Below, piece after piece: positions 34,197-46,692 of a DNA stretch of 64,000 nt (position 1 is the stretch's first letter; each line of letters begins with the position of its first letter). The translations under genes were made by a program, and so were the position numbers. Origin of the DNA: Ascoidea asiatica JCM 7603. Taxonomy: Eukaryota; Fungi; Ascomycota. Below the pieces are notes generated by a model, which was not told the DNA's origin, did not search any database, and was given only the letters and a program-made list of their open reading frames with translations. The DNA is taken from the NCBI GenBank assembly GCA_001600695.1, contig BCKQ01000005.1, positions 328,732 through 392,731 on the forward strand. Direction: 5' to 3'.

Positions 34197-34363
34197 GAAG
34201 ACCAAAAGTATGGTACTCTTACAATGAGGCCATCTTTGAGGTACTTTTTATTTAGAGACCATATTCATGGGATTTCTTTTTTTGAGACCAGGATTCAGGT
34301 AGCTCTTATTTGAGACCATTTTTATGGTATCTTTTGAGATGAGACCACTCCCGTGGCACTCTT
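34197..34363. repeat. Six-copy degenerate tandem array (28-29-bp period) of GAGACCA-N6-WGGTACTYT upstream of PGK1
   Basis: Copies start at 34197, 34225, 34254, 34283, 34311 and 34340. The spacer is always 6 nt. Confidence 0.85.
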
Positions 34364-34732
34364 CCCCCGGGCTCACCTTGCTATGGCTGTTGTGGGCTGT
34401 TGGGTGATGATTGGCGGCGAGCGAGTGAGCTGCACCTTGTTCACTGCCATCACCACACTCATCTCTAGTTTACTGCATTTATTGTACTAAATTAACTAGA
34501 AGAATACCCACTGGACCCACTTGACCCTCACTGTGATATATAAATACTTCCAACTTTCTCTATTTATTGAACTGGGCTTTATCTTTTATTTCAATAATTT
34601 CAACTTTTATTAGAATTATTATTATAAATTAAACTATTATATTATATTTTATAAACTATTGAATACTATTTTTATTAATATTATTATTATATTTAAACTC
34701 AATTAATCCAATTTAATCTTAAATACTCAATT

Positions 34733-35983
34733 ATGTCTCTTTCAAATAAATTATCTGTTAAAGATTTAGAATTAACTGGTAAAAGAGTTTTTATTAGAGT
34801 TGATTTTAATGTACCTTTAGATGGTAAAAAAATTACAAATAATCAAAGAATTGTTGCTGCTTTACCAACAATTAAATATGTTTTAGAAAAAAATCCAAAA
34901 GTTGTAATATTAGCTTCTCATTTAGGTAGACCAAATGGTAAAGTTACTGATAAATTTTCTTTAGCTCCAGTTGCAACTGAATTAGAATCTTTATTATCTC
35001 AAAAAGTTACTTTCTTAAATGATTGTGTAGGTGATGATGTATTAAATTCTGTTAATTCTGCAAAAGATGGTTCAGTAATTTTATTAGAAAATTTAAGATT
35101 TCATATTGAAGAAGAAGGTAGTCAAAAAATTGATGGTAAAAAAGTTAAAGCAAGTAAAGATGATGTTACTAAATTTAGAAATCAATTATCATCTTTAGCT
35201 GATATTTATATAAATGATGCTTTTGGTACTGCTCATAGAGCTCATTCTTCAATGGTTGGTTTTGATTTACCACAAAGAGCTTCTGGTTTCTTAATGTCAA
35301 AAGAATTAACTTTTTTCGCAAAAGCTTTAGAAAATCCAGTTAGACCTTTCTTAGCAATTTTAGGTGGTGCTAAAGTTTCTGATAAAATTCAATTAATTGA
35401 TAATTTATTAGATAAAGTTGATATTATTATAATTGGTGGTGGTATGGCTTTTACTTTTAATAAAGTTATTAGTAATATGTCTATTGGTACATCTTTATTT
35501 GATGAAGCTGGTTCCAAAACTGTTCCTGCTTTAGTTGAAAAAGCTAAAAAAAATAATGTTAAATTAGTTTTACCAATTGATTTTGTTACTGCTGATAAAT
35601 TTGATAAAGATGCTGAAACAAGTTATGCAACTTTAGAACAAGGTATTCCTGATCAATGGATGGGTCTTGATGCTGGTCCAAAATCAATTAAATTATTTGA
35701 AGAAACAATTTCTGAAGCTAAAACTATTGTATGGAATGGTCCACCAGGTGTTTTTGAATTTGAAAAATTTGCTACTGGTACAAAATCAATGTTGGCTGCT
35801 TGTATTAAATCTTGTGAAAATGGTAATACTGTTATTGTTGGTGGTGGTGATACTGCTACTGTTGCCAAAAAATTTGGTGGTGCAGATAAATTATCTCATG
35901 TATCTACTGGTGGTGGTGCATCTTTAGAATTATTAGAAGGTAAAGCTTTACCAGGTGTTGTTTTCTTATCTGATAAAGAATAA
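34733..35983 (+). CDS. PGK1: Phosphoglycerate kinase
   Basis: [66 protein letters not shown] at ~34537. Confidence 0.99.
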   Translation: MSLSNKLSVKDLELTGKRVFIRVDFNVPLDGKKITNNQRIVAALPTIKYVLEKNPKVVILASHLGRPNGKVTDKFSLAPVATELESLLSQKVTFLNDCVGDDVLNSVNSAKDGSVILLENLRFHIEEEGSQKIDGKKVKASKDDVTKFRNQLSSLADIYINDAFGTAHRAHSSMVGFDLPQRASGFLMSKELTFFAKALENPVRPFLAILGGAKVSDKIQLIDNLLDKVDIIIIGGGMAFTFNKVISNMSIGTSLFDEAGSKTVPALVEKAKKNNVKLVLPIDFVTADKFDKDAETSYATLEQGIPDQWMGLDAGPKSIKLFEETISEAKTIVWNGPPGVFEFEKFATGTKSMLAACIKSCENGNTVIVGGGDTATVAKKFGGADKLSHVSTGGGASLELLEGKALPGVVFLSDKE

Positions 35984-36282
35984 GTTTTCTTTTTTATCTA
36001 AAACCCATTTATTAAATTTCTTGAGTCTCAAATAACTTGACCTATTTATTTTCCTCATTAAGTTTCCGATATTATATATCCAAATACAGTATATACATTT
36101 TCTACTATTTCTTTTCTCTTTTTTTTTTTATACCAATTTTAATGAATTTACAATGATTTATATGAATTTTAACTATTAAAAGTTTTTCAAATTTTGTTAT
36201 ATGTATGCAGTACAGGAAGAAATGTTTTTGAATTTTGAGTTTTTTTTTTTTATTTTTTTATTATTTTACTATTTTCTAAGTT

Positions 36283-36562
36283 CTATCGTCTATATACTTT
36301 ATCTAAAGAATTTAATGAATTCATCATTACCATAACTTCATTACTATTTTCTTTTAAATTATTCGAAGAATTCAAGACATTTTTCTTTGTTGAAATTTTA
36401 ATTTCATTTGCATAAAGTCTTAAAGATTTTGCAACTGGTCCACCTTTACTTAACATATTCAGTAATAAAGTACTAAAATTTATACTCATTTCATTCCAAT
36501 AATAATTTATTAAATTTTTATTATTTAAATTACTATTTTTTATTAAATATTCATATAAATTA

Positions 36563-36622
<60 letters not shown>

Positions 36623-37752
36623 GTAGTAGTAGTAGTAGTAGTAGTATTACTAGCAGTATTTGATTGAAGAAAATTAGACCAAAAATTTATTGAAATTTTG
36701 TCAGAATTTTGAGAATTATAAATTGGTAAATTAATTGAATTTAATATTGAATTACAAAAATCATTTAAAAAAATAGCAATATTTGAAATTCTATTCATTG
36801 TTGAATCAAAATTTCTTGGAGATGTTAAAACTTTTGAGAATAAATTTATTGAATAATTTAAATTATTTGATAACATTGAATTAAAAGAAATTAATAAAGA
36901 ATTTTGATCAATTATATATAAAGATAAAAATAATAATTTAATATTATTTTTATTTTTTTCAATATTTTTTGAACTAAATTTATTATTATTAATTGAGAAA
37001 TTTTGAATTAAATTTGAATAAATTTTAATTAAATTTAATTTATAAGAAGATAATAAAGTTTTATAATCTTTAAATAATTTTAAAGAATTTAAATTATCAT
37101 TTTTTAATAAATTATTTAAATAATAATAGTTTTTAATTAAATTTATATTAAATAAAGAATCATTTGATTGAAAATTATTTTCAATAGAATTTTCAATAGA
37201 ATTTTCAATAGAATTTTCAATAGAATTTTGAAAATTATTTTGAATATCATTATAAATATTAATAAAAGAAGTGAATAAATTTATGAAATAAATAAAATTT
37301 TTTAACAAATTTGAAGTATTATAAATTTTTGTTAAAGAATTATTTAATTTTTTATAATTATTAAAAGGAATTATTAAATTTTTATCAATTTTTTCAAATT
37401 GAGAATTTAAATGATCAATTGAAGGTAATAAATTTGAATTAATTAAATGATTAAATTTAAAATTTTTATTAAATTCATCAATTAAAAATTCATAATTTGT
37501 AGAAGAAATTGAATTTAATTTTTCATTAACTTCTAAAATATCAAAATTTAATTTTTTAATTGGATTTTTTATATCTAAAGTAGCATCAGAAGAAGAAATA
37601 TTGTCATTTAAAATATAATCATTATTCATTGAAGATAATAAAGAATTTGCATAAGTAATTGGTTGGAAATCATCATTTGTAAAATCTTTGAACTCATCTA
37701 ATTCTTTATCCAAAACCTCTAAACTTGAATCTATGATTTTAGTGTTGTCCAT
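36283..37752 (-). CDS. COG5: COG complex subunit 5
   Basis: DF.P..YANSLL, LDI..PIKKLNFDI.E, C-terminal KGGPVAKSLR. Contains poly-T/poly-N insertions and NSIE repeats. Confidence 0.8.
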
Positions 37753-38422
37753 CTTTGGTGGATTGCAATTGAAGTCCTGAATGAACCTCTAAGAAGATAT
37801 GATATGGTATGATATTATATCAATCGATTGATATATTTTATTTCATTGAAAGCATCTATTGATATTTCAATCAATGATATTTCAGTCAATAATATTTCAG
37901 TCAATAATATTTCAAATCAGATATATTTCAATCAGTATCCAAAACCAACAAAACCCTTTCAATCTCCAATCTCCAATCTCCAATCTCCAATCTTCAATCT
38001 TCTCTCAGCGCTCTTTTGTAACGTCAACGTTGAAGTTAAGAAAAAAACTGTCACCCGGCGGTTAAAGGAAAGCACCGGGGAAAAAAGCAGCGGAGGCGGA
38101 AACGCGGACAGGAACTGGGTTGAAACTAAAAAAGGCAATCCACGACAACGGAACAGCAGCGGAAACCACTACTGTGGATGTAATGCAACCACACCCGCTC
38201 TAACGCTTTTAAAGGTGTGCATATGCTTTGTTTTGCATGTAGAGACGTATGCAATCTTATGCCGCTAGATGCATGGCACGAGGCGGCAAAAAAGGGTGTT
38301 CGTTAAAGTGTTCGTGAAGAGAGCAAAACACTGTTTGGCAACATATTTTTGAATTTGAGAAACTGGCAAAATGCTGGCTAGTTTTTTTTCAAATGTATGG
38401 AGGAATTTAACTGAAAATAATT

Positions 38423-38590
38423 ACGCGTCTGTTCGTTAAGCTGTTTGCTAGAGGTTGTTTGCTCGCATACCGGCTCGTTCCAGACATTTTCAATTTTCAC
38501 ATCTTTTTGTATTAATTCAAAGTTACTCTTCTGTTAACTTTCGCTTTTTGAAATTTTTATCGTGAAATATTTTTTTGAAAAAAAATTTTG
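38423..38590 (+). promoter_or_regulatory. KAP123 promoter with MCB (ACGCGT) and RRPE-like element
   Basis: ACGCGT at 38423-38428; TGAAAAAAAATTTT at 38576-38589. Confidence 0.55.
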
Positions 38591-38985
38591 ATGAAAATAA
38601 AACAATTTTGAAATAAAAAAAAAAAAAAAAAAATTTTTTTAGAGTGATCTGTTTAAAAAACTGTTTAATATATATTAATATATACCTTCCTCAGATTAAT
38701 TTATTATTTCTTAATGAATTATAAAAATTTCATCTTTTCATTTATTCATTTATTTATTCATTAATTCATTAATTTATTTTCTTTCTTCATTTCCCTAATC
38801 TTCTTCATTTCGGTTTGATATATTCTTTATTCAAATATTCAATATTTAGTAATCAATAATCAATAATCAATAATCAATCATCAATTAATAATATTTGGAT
38901 TTTTTCATTACAGATATTAACTTAATAAATATTACTTGCTTTATAAATATTTCAAAATTCTACAATAATAAAAACTTAATAAAAA

Positions 38986-41900
38986 ATGGATAATCAATAC
39001 CTTGCTTCTTTAGAAGAAACTTTAAGATTGGCTACTTTACCAGATACTGATACAATTAAAAATGCAACTGCTAATTTAAAAAAAAATTTCTATTCAGATT
39101 CAAAATCTTTACCTGCAATGATTCATATCTTTCAAAATCATTCTGATGATTCAATTAAACAAATAGCTGCTGTTGAATCAAGAAAATTAGTTCAAAAACA
39201 TTGGGCTAATATTGATAATAATACTAAATCTCAAATTAGACCTTCTTTATTATCTCAAGCTTTATCAAATTCAAATTCAAAATTATTTAATCATAATATT
39301 GCAAGATTAATTACTTCAATTGCTGATATAGATTTATCAAAAGGTAATTGGAATGAATTATTACCAACTTTAGTTTCAAATAGTACTGAAAATATAAATC
39401 AAAATGCAATTTATATCATTTATACTCTTTTAGAATCTTATAATCCTGTTATATGTAAAAAAGAATATGTTAATGATTTATTATCTTTATTTGCTAAAAT
39501 TTTAACTGAACAATCAATTGATTTAGATTTAAAAACAACTGCTTTATTATCTTTATCTTTAATTGCAACTGTAATTGAATCAAGTGGTGATAATGATCAT
39601 GATCATGAAGATAATGATCAACATGATCATCCTCATGATGATGATGAATCTTATGCTGAAAAAGAAATTGATGAAACTTTAGCTGCAAATTTTCAATCTT
39701 TAATAACTCCAATGATTAATGTATTAAAATTAGTTGTTCAATCAAATGATACTATTAATGCAAAAGAAGTATTTAATGCTTTTAATGATTTTATTTATCT
39801 TGATAATAAATTATTAGGTGATAATTTATTAACTTTAATTAATGTAATGTTTGAAATTGCTTTAAATAAAAATAATGTTGAAGAAGAAATTAGAGTAATG
39901 GCTTTAACATTTTTATCTCGTGTAATTTCATTAAGAAAAACAAAAGTTACTCAAAATAAATTAGGTCCATCTTTTACTTTATCTACTCTTAAAATTGCTT
40001 CTGAACCTGTTGATATTGATGATGAATTAAATAATGAAGATGAAGATAATGAAAATGAAGAAAGTACTCCTGGTGCTTTAGCCTTAAAACTTTTATGTGA
40101 TTTATCAACTGAATTACCTCCTTCTCAAACTATTTTACCTTTATTTGAAACTTTACCTTCTTTATTAAATTCTTCTGATAAATTTGAAAGAAGAGCTGGT
40201 ATATTAGCTATTGGTTTAACAACTGGTGGTGCTCCAGATTATGTTAATATTCATTTATCAAAATTAATTCCACTTTTAATTAATGGTTTAAAAGATTCAG
40301 AGTTAATTGTAAAATTAGCAACTTTAAAAACTGTTAGTGAATTAACAACTGAATTACAAGATGGTATTACTGAATATCATGAACATTTATTACCTTTAAT
40401 AATTGAAATTATTGATTCTGCAACTAATATTATGGTTTATAAAAATGCAACTTTTGCTTTAGATGGTTTAATTGAATATATGAATCATGATGCTATTTTA
40501 ATTTATTTAGAACCATTAATGAATAAACTTTTCCAAATGTTGCAAAATTCTGATTCTCCTTCTTTAAGTACTGCAATTGTTTCTGCTATTGGTTCAACTG
40601 CTTTTGCCGCAGGTAAAGCTTTTATTCCATATTTTAATCAGTCTTTACAATTATTAGAACCATTAATACATTCTCAATCTGATCCATCTAAAAAAGATAG
40701 TGAACTTCCAGAAGTTGAAATTGAATTAAAAGCTTCAACATTTGAAAATATTTCAACTATGGCTAGAGCTGTTGGTCCAGAACCATTTGCCAAATTTGCT
40801 GAACCTTTAGTTAATTCTGCTTATAATTCCATGAATTCGGATGCTCCAAGATTAAGAGAATCTGGTTTCGCTTTTGTTTCAAATATGGCTAAAGTTTATG
40901 GTAAAGATTTTACTCCATTTTTAGAAAAATTAGTTCCAGAAATTTTCAAATGTTTAGAACAAGAAGAAATTAATGCTGATGAATTAGTTAATGAAATTGA
41001 TCCAAATGATTCAACATTTTCTGTTCAAGATATTATTGATGGTGCTGCTGGTGAAGATGAAGATGATTTAGATGGAAAATTTCAACTTCATACTGGTATT
41101 ACTATGGAAAAAGAGATTGCAGCTTTAGCTTTAGCTGAATTAGCTATTGCTACAGGAAATGATTTTGCTAAATATATTGAAAGTTCTATAAAAATTCTTA
41201 ATGATCAAATTGATAATTCTTTTGGTATTGTTCAAGCAGCATTAAACTCTCTTTGGAAAATTGTTGTTGCAATGTTTAAAGCTAATTATATAAATCCAAG
41301 TGAAAATAAAGATATAATTAAATATCCAATTGGTGCAGTAACAGAATCTTATGTTAATTCTGATATTTTAGCTATGATTAAATTAGCAAGATCTAAATCT
41401 TTAGAAACTTTACAAAATGAATATGGTTTAACTCTTGTTTATACAATTTTGGATAATTTTACTGAATCAATTAAAACAATTGGTCCAATAGCTATAATGG
41501 ATAATGGAGATAGTTCTGAATTAGAACAATTATGTGTTGAATTAATGAAAATTATTAAAGGTGAACATCCATGTCAGATGGATGAAGATAAAATTGAAGA
41601 AGATGAGGATACATCAGAAATGGAAGCTTCTTTATATGATTCAGCTTTAGAAACTTTAGTTTCGTTATCAATAGCTTTAGGAACTGATTTTAATAAAGTA
41701 TTTCAATCATTTAAAGATGTTATTATTGGTCAATTAAATAGTAAATCAAAAACTAAAAGAAGTTCAATTATTGGATCTTTAGCAGAAATTTGTTTAGGAT
41801 TAAAAGATTCAAATTCATATTCTAAAGAATTATTAGAAATATTTATTGGTATTTTAAGTAATGATAAAGCCTTAGATGTTAGAAGTAATTCAGCTTATGG

Positions 41901-42459
41901 TATTGGAATAATTATTGAAAATTCTTCAGAAGATTTTTCTTCAGTTTATCCAAATATAATGAATGAATTATCAAAATTATTAAATAAAACTGAAAAAGAA
42001 GCTAATAAACATATTGATGATGAAAATGGAACTGAAACTATCAATAGATCATATGCTAATGCATGTGGATGTGTTTCTAGATTAATTTTGAAAAATTCTT
42101 CAGTTATTCCATTAAGTGATGTATTACCAGTTTTAATTTCACATTTACCAATTGCTTCAGCTTTTGAAGAAAATGCTCCAATATTTGAATTAATTTTAAA
42201 ATTATATCAAGAAAATAATGCATATATTTTATCAGAAACTGCAACTGTTGTTGGTATATTTTCTGCTGTATTCAAAAAAGAATTAGAAATTACTAAATTA
42301 GAAAATGAATCCACTTTAGGTAGAGAACAAAATATTGATACCTTAAAACAATTTCAAAGTCCAGAATTAAAAAATAAAATTATTGAATTATTAAAATTCT
42401 TAGATGGTAAATATAATGGAATTGTCTCTAATGATGAAATTTTAAAAACTATTATTTAA
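38986..42459 (+). CDS. KAP123: Karyopherin beta (importin-4 family)
   Basis: HEAT-repeat protein, QIAAVESRKL, LRESGFAFVSNMAKVYG, ESTLGRE near the C-terminus; synteny with SWI4/FLO8. Confidence 0.92.
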   Translation: MDNQYLASLEETLRLATLPDTDTIKNATANLKKNFYSDSKSLPAMIHIFQNHSDDSIKQIAAVESRKLVQKHWANIDNNTKSQIRPSLLSQALSNSNSKLFNHNIARLITSIADIDLSKGNWNELLPTLVSNSTENINQNAIYIIYTLLESYNPVICKKEYVNDLLSLFAKILTEQSIDLDLKTTALLSLSLIATVIESSGDNDHDHEDNDQHDHPHDDDESYAEKEIDETLAANFQSLITPMINVLKLVVQSNDTINAKEVFNAFNDFIYLDNKLLGDNLLTLINVMFEIALNKNNVEEEIRVMALTFLSRVISLRKTKVTQNKLGPSFTLSTLKIASEPVDIDDELNNEDEDNENEESTPGALALKLLCDLSTELPPSQTILPLFETLPSLLNSSDKFERRAGILAIGLTTGGAPDYVNIHLSKLIPLLINGLKDSELIVKLATLKTVSELTTELQDGITEYHEHLLPLIIEIIDSATNIMVYKNATFALDGLIEYMNHDAILIYLEPLMNKLFQMLQNSDSPSLSTAIVSAIGSTAFAAGKAFIPYFNQSLQLLEPLIHSQSDPSKKDSELPEVEIELKASTFENISTMARAVGPEPFAKFAEPLVNSAYNSMNSDAPRLRESGFAFVSNMAKVYGKDFTPFLEKLVPEIFKCLEQEEINADELVNEIDPNDSTFSVQDIIDGAAGEDEDDLDGKFQLHTGITMEKEIAALALAELAIATGNDFAKYIESSIKILNDQIDNSFGIVQAALNSLWKIVVAMFKANYINPSENKDIIKYPIGAVTESYVNSDILAMIKLARSKSLETLQNEYGLTLVYTILDNFTESIKTIGPIAIMDNGDSSELEQLCVELMKIIKGEHPCQMDEDKIEEDEDTSEMEASLYDSALETLVSLSIALGTDFNKVFQSFKDVIIGQLNSKSKTKRSSIIGSLAEICLGLKDSNSYSKELLEIFIGILSNDKALDVRSNSAYGIGIIIENSSEDFSSVYPNIMNELSKLLNKTEKEANKHIDDENGTETINRSYANACGCVSRLILKNSSVIPLSDVLPVLISHLPIASAFEENAPIFELILKLYQENNAYILSETATVVGIFSAVFKKELEITKLENESTLGREQNIDTLKQFQSPELKNKIIELLKFLDGKYNGIVSNDEILKTII

Positions 42460-43243
42460 CTTTTCAAAAAAAAATAATTAATTTTAAAAAAGATCTCCTT
42501 GTCATACGTCCAAGCTCGTTAACTTGTTTTCACCTATTATATGTTTTATTCATACTCTCGCACTCATTCCTGGTTAGCGCCTCATTTTTAGATTTATTCT
42601 TAACCAGTATAGTATCAATTTTGCTCTTTTAATTTTATTTAGTTTTATTTAATTTTAGTTTATTTTATCTAGTTGTCATTTTTCCCTTCAATTTCTCCCA
42701 ATCTCTCCCCCCACCAATTTTTTCCTTATCTTTTTTTATAAAAATTCAATATTAATATTAATATCCTTTTTATTCCATACTTTAATCAACCCTTCATTCT
42801 GTCATTAACGTCTTTGTCATTCACCATTTTCCCATTTCTGGCTCTCTTTTGTATTTAGTTTTACGTATCATTCTTCAGTTTCCTCTTTAAAAAATGGATT
42901 ATCCAAAATTGTTCCACTTTTTGTAGTTGTTTTTGTAGTTGTTTTGTTTTCTGTCTGTCCAGTACAAAGCGTTACAGAGTGACAGAAGGCCGAATGTTGG
43001 GTGCTCCGTTTTAGTAATTTTTCAATAAACCACCCAAACAGAAACTGAATTCAGTTTTAGTTTTGTAAATTGAAGTAAAAAATGAAATAAAAATGAAATA
43101 AAAATGAAATTAAAATGAAATAAAAACAGGATTTCAAAAGAATTCAAAGGGGATTCAGGATCATTAGAATCGAATAGTTTAAAGTTTTAACTCCATTGAA
43201 TTTGTATCAAGTATAATTCAATTCATTCAGAGAATTTAAAGAA

Positions 43244-45016
43244 ATGGCTGAGCAGACTTTAAGTCAAAGAAAGATACCTTTAAGTGATAAGCCCAAAGAA
43301 ACAATAAGTGTCAAAGATAGTAACGATATAAAAGATGTGGAGTTGAAAAATGGAATTGAGTCTGAAAAAGATCATTTTGATAAGATATCAACTTCAGAGC
43401 CTGATAATTCTCTTCCTCCAGCAGTTGTGATTCAATATTTAGTGACAATAAGAGTACTAAATGCTTTTACCATAGCAACTTTTTTTCAGCCTGATGAATT
43501 TTATCAATCATTAGAAGTTGCTCATAATTTTGTCTATGGATATGGAGATTTAACTTGGGAATGGTTAACTGAATTAAGAAGTTTCAATTATCCCTTTATA
43601 TATTCATTATTATTTCAATTTTCAAATTTATTGGATTTAGGATATGTCGGTGTTTATATTTTTCCTAAAATTTTCAATGGAATAATTGCTGGAATAAGTG
43701 ATTATTATTTATATACACTTGCAAGAAATTTAAATTTATTCAATTCTTCTTCAAAAAATGAACAATTTGCAAGGTATGTTTTATTAGCAACTATTGCTTC
43801 AACTTCTAATTGGTTTTTTATTACCAGAAGTTTTTCTAATAGTCTTGAAATGATTTTAACTACAATTGCTTTAAGTTATTGGCCCTTTGATATAAAAGTA
43901 TCATATTCTCCAAAAAAAATTTTAAATTCTTTAATTACTTCTTTATCAATTGCTTCAATTGCATGTATAATTAGACCAACCAATGGTTTAATTTGGTTAG
44001 TACTTGGCTTAAATTTTTTATTATCAAATTTCAAAAATAATTCAATCAATTCAAATTTTAAAATAACTGTTTTAATATATACAGTTTTAATTGCAATATT
44101 ATCAATAACTTTAAATACTATAATTGATTATTATTATTATAATAAATTAACATTTCCAATGAAAAATTTTTATAAATTTAATTTATTAAATTCATATTCA
44201 GATTTTTATGGAACAAATTCAATTTTATTTCATTTTATTCAAAGTTTACCATTTTTATTAACAACTTATTTACCTTTTGTTATATTCTCATCAATTAAAT
44301 TTCCAAAATTTAAACAATTATTCAATTCTATTATAATTCTAGTAATATTTTTTTTCTCTATTATAAATCATAAAGAAATTAGATTTATTTATCAATTAAT
44401 GCCATTTTTTTCAATTTATACTGGTTTTGGTTTTTATAAATTATCTCAATCAAGTTCAAGAAACTTTAATTTTGTCAGGAAGTATTATATTTATTTAATA
44501 CTTATTTTAAATTTATTATTAAGTTTATTTTTAACTCAGGTTCATGAAAGAGGTGTAATTGATTTAATTAATTTTTTACATGATAATGTGGATGTTGAAT
44601 CAATAGGATTTTTAACACCATGTCATTCAACACCTTTACAATCTCATTTACATCGTTCAGATTTATCAAATAAAATTTGGTATTTAAATTGTGATCCACC
44701 AAATATCAATAATAATGAGATAATCGATTTGAAAAATTATAAAGATGAATCTGATATATTTTATGAAAATCCAAAAAAATTTTTATTTCAAAATTTACCA
44801 CCTGTATTTAAAAAAGATTTAAGAACTCCTGGTAGAGTTTATAAATATGAATGGCCAACTCATTTGATTTTTTTTGAAAGTTTAGAAGATGAAATCAAAG
44901 ATTATATAAAAGATAGTAAATATGAAGAATGTGCAAGATTTTATAATACATGGTTTCATTGGGATAATAGAAGACAAGGTGATGTAATTGTTTATTGTAA
45001 ATGGCCATGGGAATAA
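43244..45016 (+). CDS. GPI10: GPI mannosyltransferase III (PIG-B)
   Basis: TFFQPDEFYQSLEVAH, TWEW..LRS, HKEIRFI, PCHSTPLQSHLH, HWDNRRQGD. Confidence 0.95.
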   Translation: MAEQTLSQRKIPLSDKPKETISVKDSNDIKDVELKNGIESEKDHFDKISTSEPDNSLPPAVVIQYLVTIRVLNAFTIATFFQPDEFYQSLEVAHNFVYGYGDLTWEWLTELRSFNYPFIYSLLFQFSNLLDLGYVGVYIFPKIFNGIIAGISDYYLYTLARNLNLFNSSSKNEQFARYVLLATIASTSNWFFITRSFSNSLEMILTTIALSYWPFDIKVSYSPKKILNSLITSLSIASIACIIRPTNGLIWLVLGLNFLLSNFKNNSINSNFKITVLIYTVLIAILSITLNTIIDYYYYNKLTFPMKNFYKFNLLNSYSDFYGTNSILFHFIQSLPFLLTTYLPFVIFSSIKFPKFKQLFNSIIILVIFFFSIINHKEIRFIYQLMPFFSIYTGFGFYKLSQSSSRNFNFVRKYYIYLILILNLLLSLFLTQVHERGVIDLINFLHDNVDVESIGFLTPCHSTPLQSHLHRSDLSNKIWYLNCDPPNINNNEIIDLKNYKDESDIFYENPKKFLFQNLPPVFKKDLRTPGRVYKYEWPTHLIFFESLEDEIKDYIKDSKYEECARFYNTWFHWDNRRQGDVIVYCKWPWE

Positions 45017-45161
45017 GTTAAATGTTTTAGAAAAAAAAATTTTAAAATGAAAAGAGCAAAAAGCAAAAAATATAAAAAAAAATATAAAAAAAATAAATAA
45101 AAAATGAATGAGAATTATGTACAGTATGATAAGCTTATTTTAATTGATTTTTTTTTTTTTT

Positions 45162-46460
45162 TTAAGAAGAATAAATTTTTAAAATTTCATTTGAATCTAT
45201 TTGAATTTTTGAAAGATAAGAAGTTCTTGAATTTAAAAAGTTTTTATATAATTGCAAATTTTTTAATTTTGTTAATAATAAATTTTTTATAGAATTAAAA
45301 GCACTCTTAGCATTCGATAAATCATTTAATAATATATAAGAATCAAATTGACCAATTAAACAATTTATATCAGATTGATCTAAATCATAACCTAATTTAA
45401 ACCATTCTAAAGCTTTTATATTATTATTAAAATAATTTAATTCTAAAAAACCTAAGACATTAAAAGCATTTTTAAAAGCTTTTTGGGCTAAGATTTCTAA
45501 ATGATATCTTGCTAATTTTGGATCAGTTTCAATATAAATTTGAGCTAAATAATAATGACTTTCTAAAGAATTTGAATTAATTTTTGAAGTATGATTGATT
45601 GTTAAAATTGATTGAGTGAAAAAGATCTTTGCAATTGAAATATTTGGTTTTTGAAAATTAATTATACCTAATTGTTTATAAACTTCTGCTAATAAATTAT
45701 TATTATCTAAAGAATTTGAAGAATTTAAAGATAAAAATTTTTTATAACAATATTCTGAGTTTAAAAAATTTTTATTATTGAAAAATAAATCACCTAATAA
45801 TTTTATTGTTAATGGATGATTAATATTATATAATTGAAGAATTAAAGAAACTGCATAATTCTTTTCTTCAATTTTTTCTTCAAATTTTTCTTTAAATTTT
45901 TCCTTATTATTTTCTTGTTCTGAATTTTTTGATTTTGATTGTAAAACATTGAAAGCTAATAGGGCAATGGCAGTATTATCATTTAATTCAGCAGCAGCTT
46001 GAATTAATTCATTTTCAATATTTAATAGTGAAGTATTAATTTTATTTGAATCATATCTATAATTTTCTAAAATTTTTTTCATAATCATTAAATCTGAACC
46101 ATTGATAAAATTTGGAATTTTAATATCATTTTTTTCACTATTGAAATTATTATTATTATTGTAACTATTGTTATTAATTGAATCATTGAATAATTTATAT
46201 ATAGGCAATAATTTTTTATATGAATGGGAAGATCCTAAATCAAATAATTGATTTTTGATATATTTTTTGGGAGGTAAAATCTCAGATAAAACTATATTTT
46301 TTTCGTTATTATTACTATTTTTATCATTATTATTATTATCATTATTATTATTATTGAATAAAGAAAGTAAAGAGAATGAAAGGGAATTAGATTTTATTGA
46401 AGAAGGTATATTAATGATTTTTGGTGAAATTGAAGGAAGTGGTTTAAGTAATGAAAACAT
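45162..46460 (-). CDS. MSS2: Mitochondrial TPR/Sel1-like protein for Cox2 C-terminal export
   Basis: IENELIQAAAELNDNTAIALLAF, HPLTIKLLGDL, LGFLELNYF...ALEWFKLG. Adjacent to KIN28 as in S. cerevisiae. Confidence 0.8.
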   Translation of the reverse strand: MFSLLKPLPSISPKIINIPSSIKSNSLSFSLLSLFNNNNNDNNNNDKNSNNNEKNIVLSEILPPKKYIKNQLFDLGSSHSYKKLLPIYKLFNDSINNNSYNNNNNFNSEKNDIKIPNFINGSDLMIMKKILENYRYDSNKINTSLLNIENELIQAAAELNDNTAIALLAFNVLQSKSKNSEQENNKEKFKEKFEEKIEEKNYAVSLILQLYNINHPLTIKLLGDLFFNNKNFLNSEYCYKKFLSLNSSNSLDNNNLLAEVYKQLGIINFQKPNISIAKIFFTQSILTINHTSKINSNSLESHYYLAQIYIETDPKLARYHLEILAQKAFKNAFNVLGFLELNYFNNNIKALEWFKLGYDLDQSDINCLIGQFDSYILLNDLSNAKSAFNSIKNLLLTKLKNLQLYKNFLNSRTSYLSKIQIDSNEILKIYSS

Positions 46461-46692
46461 ATTGAATATTATTAATAAATTTTAGTTGATTTTGACGTTA
46501 ACTATGATTTAGTTGAATAATTCTTAATTAAAATTAAATGATTTGAATAAATAATATAATTCCTAATAAATAGAGTAATTTTTAGTTATGATAGAGTGAT
46601 AAAGTGAAAGAGTAAAAGAGAGAAAGAGAGAAAGGATGCGGGTCATGTGATATTTTTGAAATAATATTTTAAAAATATTATTATAAAATTGA

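Noticed and set aside
34197-34363. CRISPR-like repeat/spacer array
   Set aside because: Eukaryotic locus, degenerate units, variable part only 6 nt, no cas genes.
37828-38268. 146-aa ORF (and 47806-48117) in promoter islands
   Set aside because: Built from microsatellites and GC-rich promoter DNA, non-ATG starts, no family motifs.
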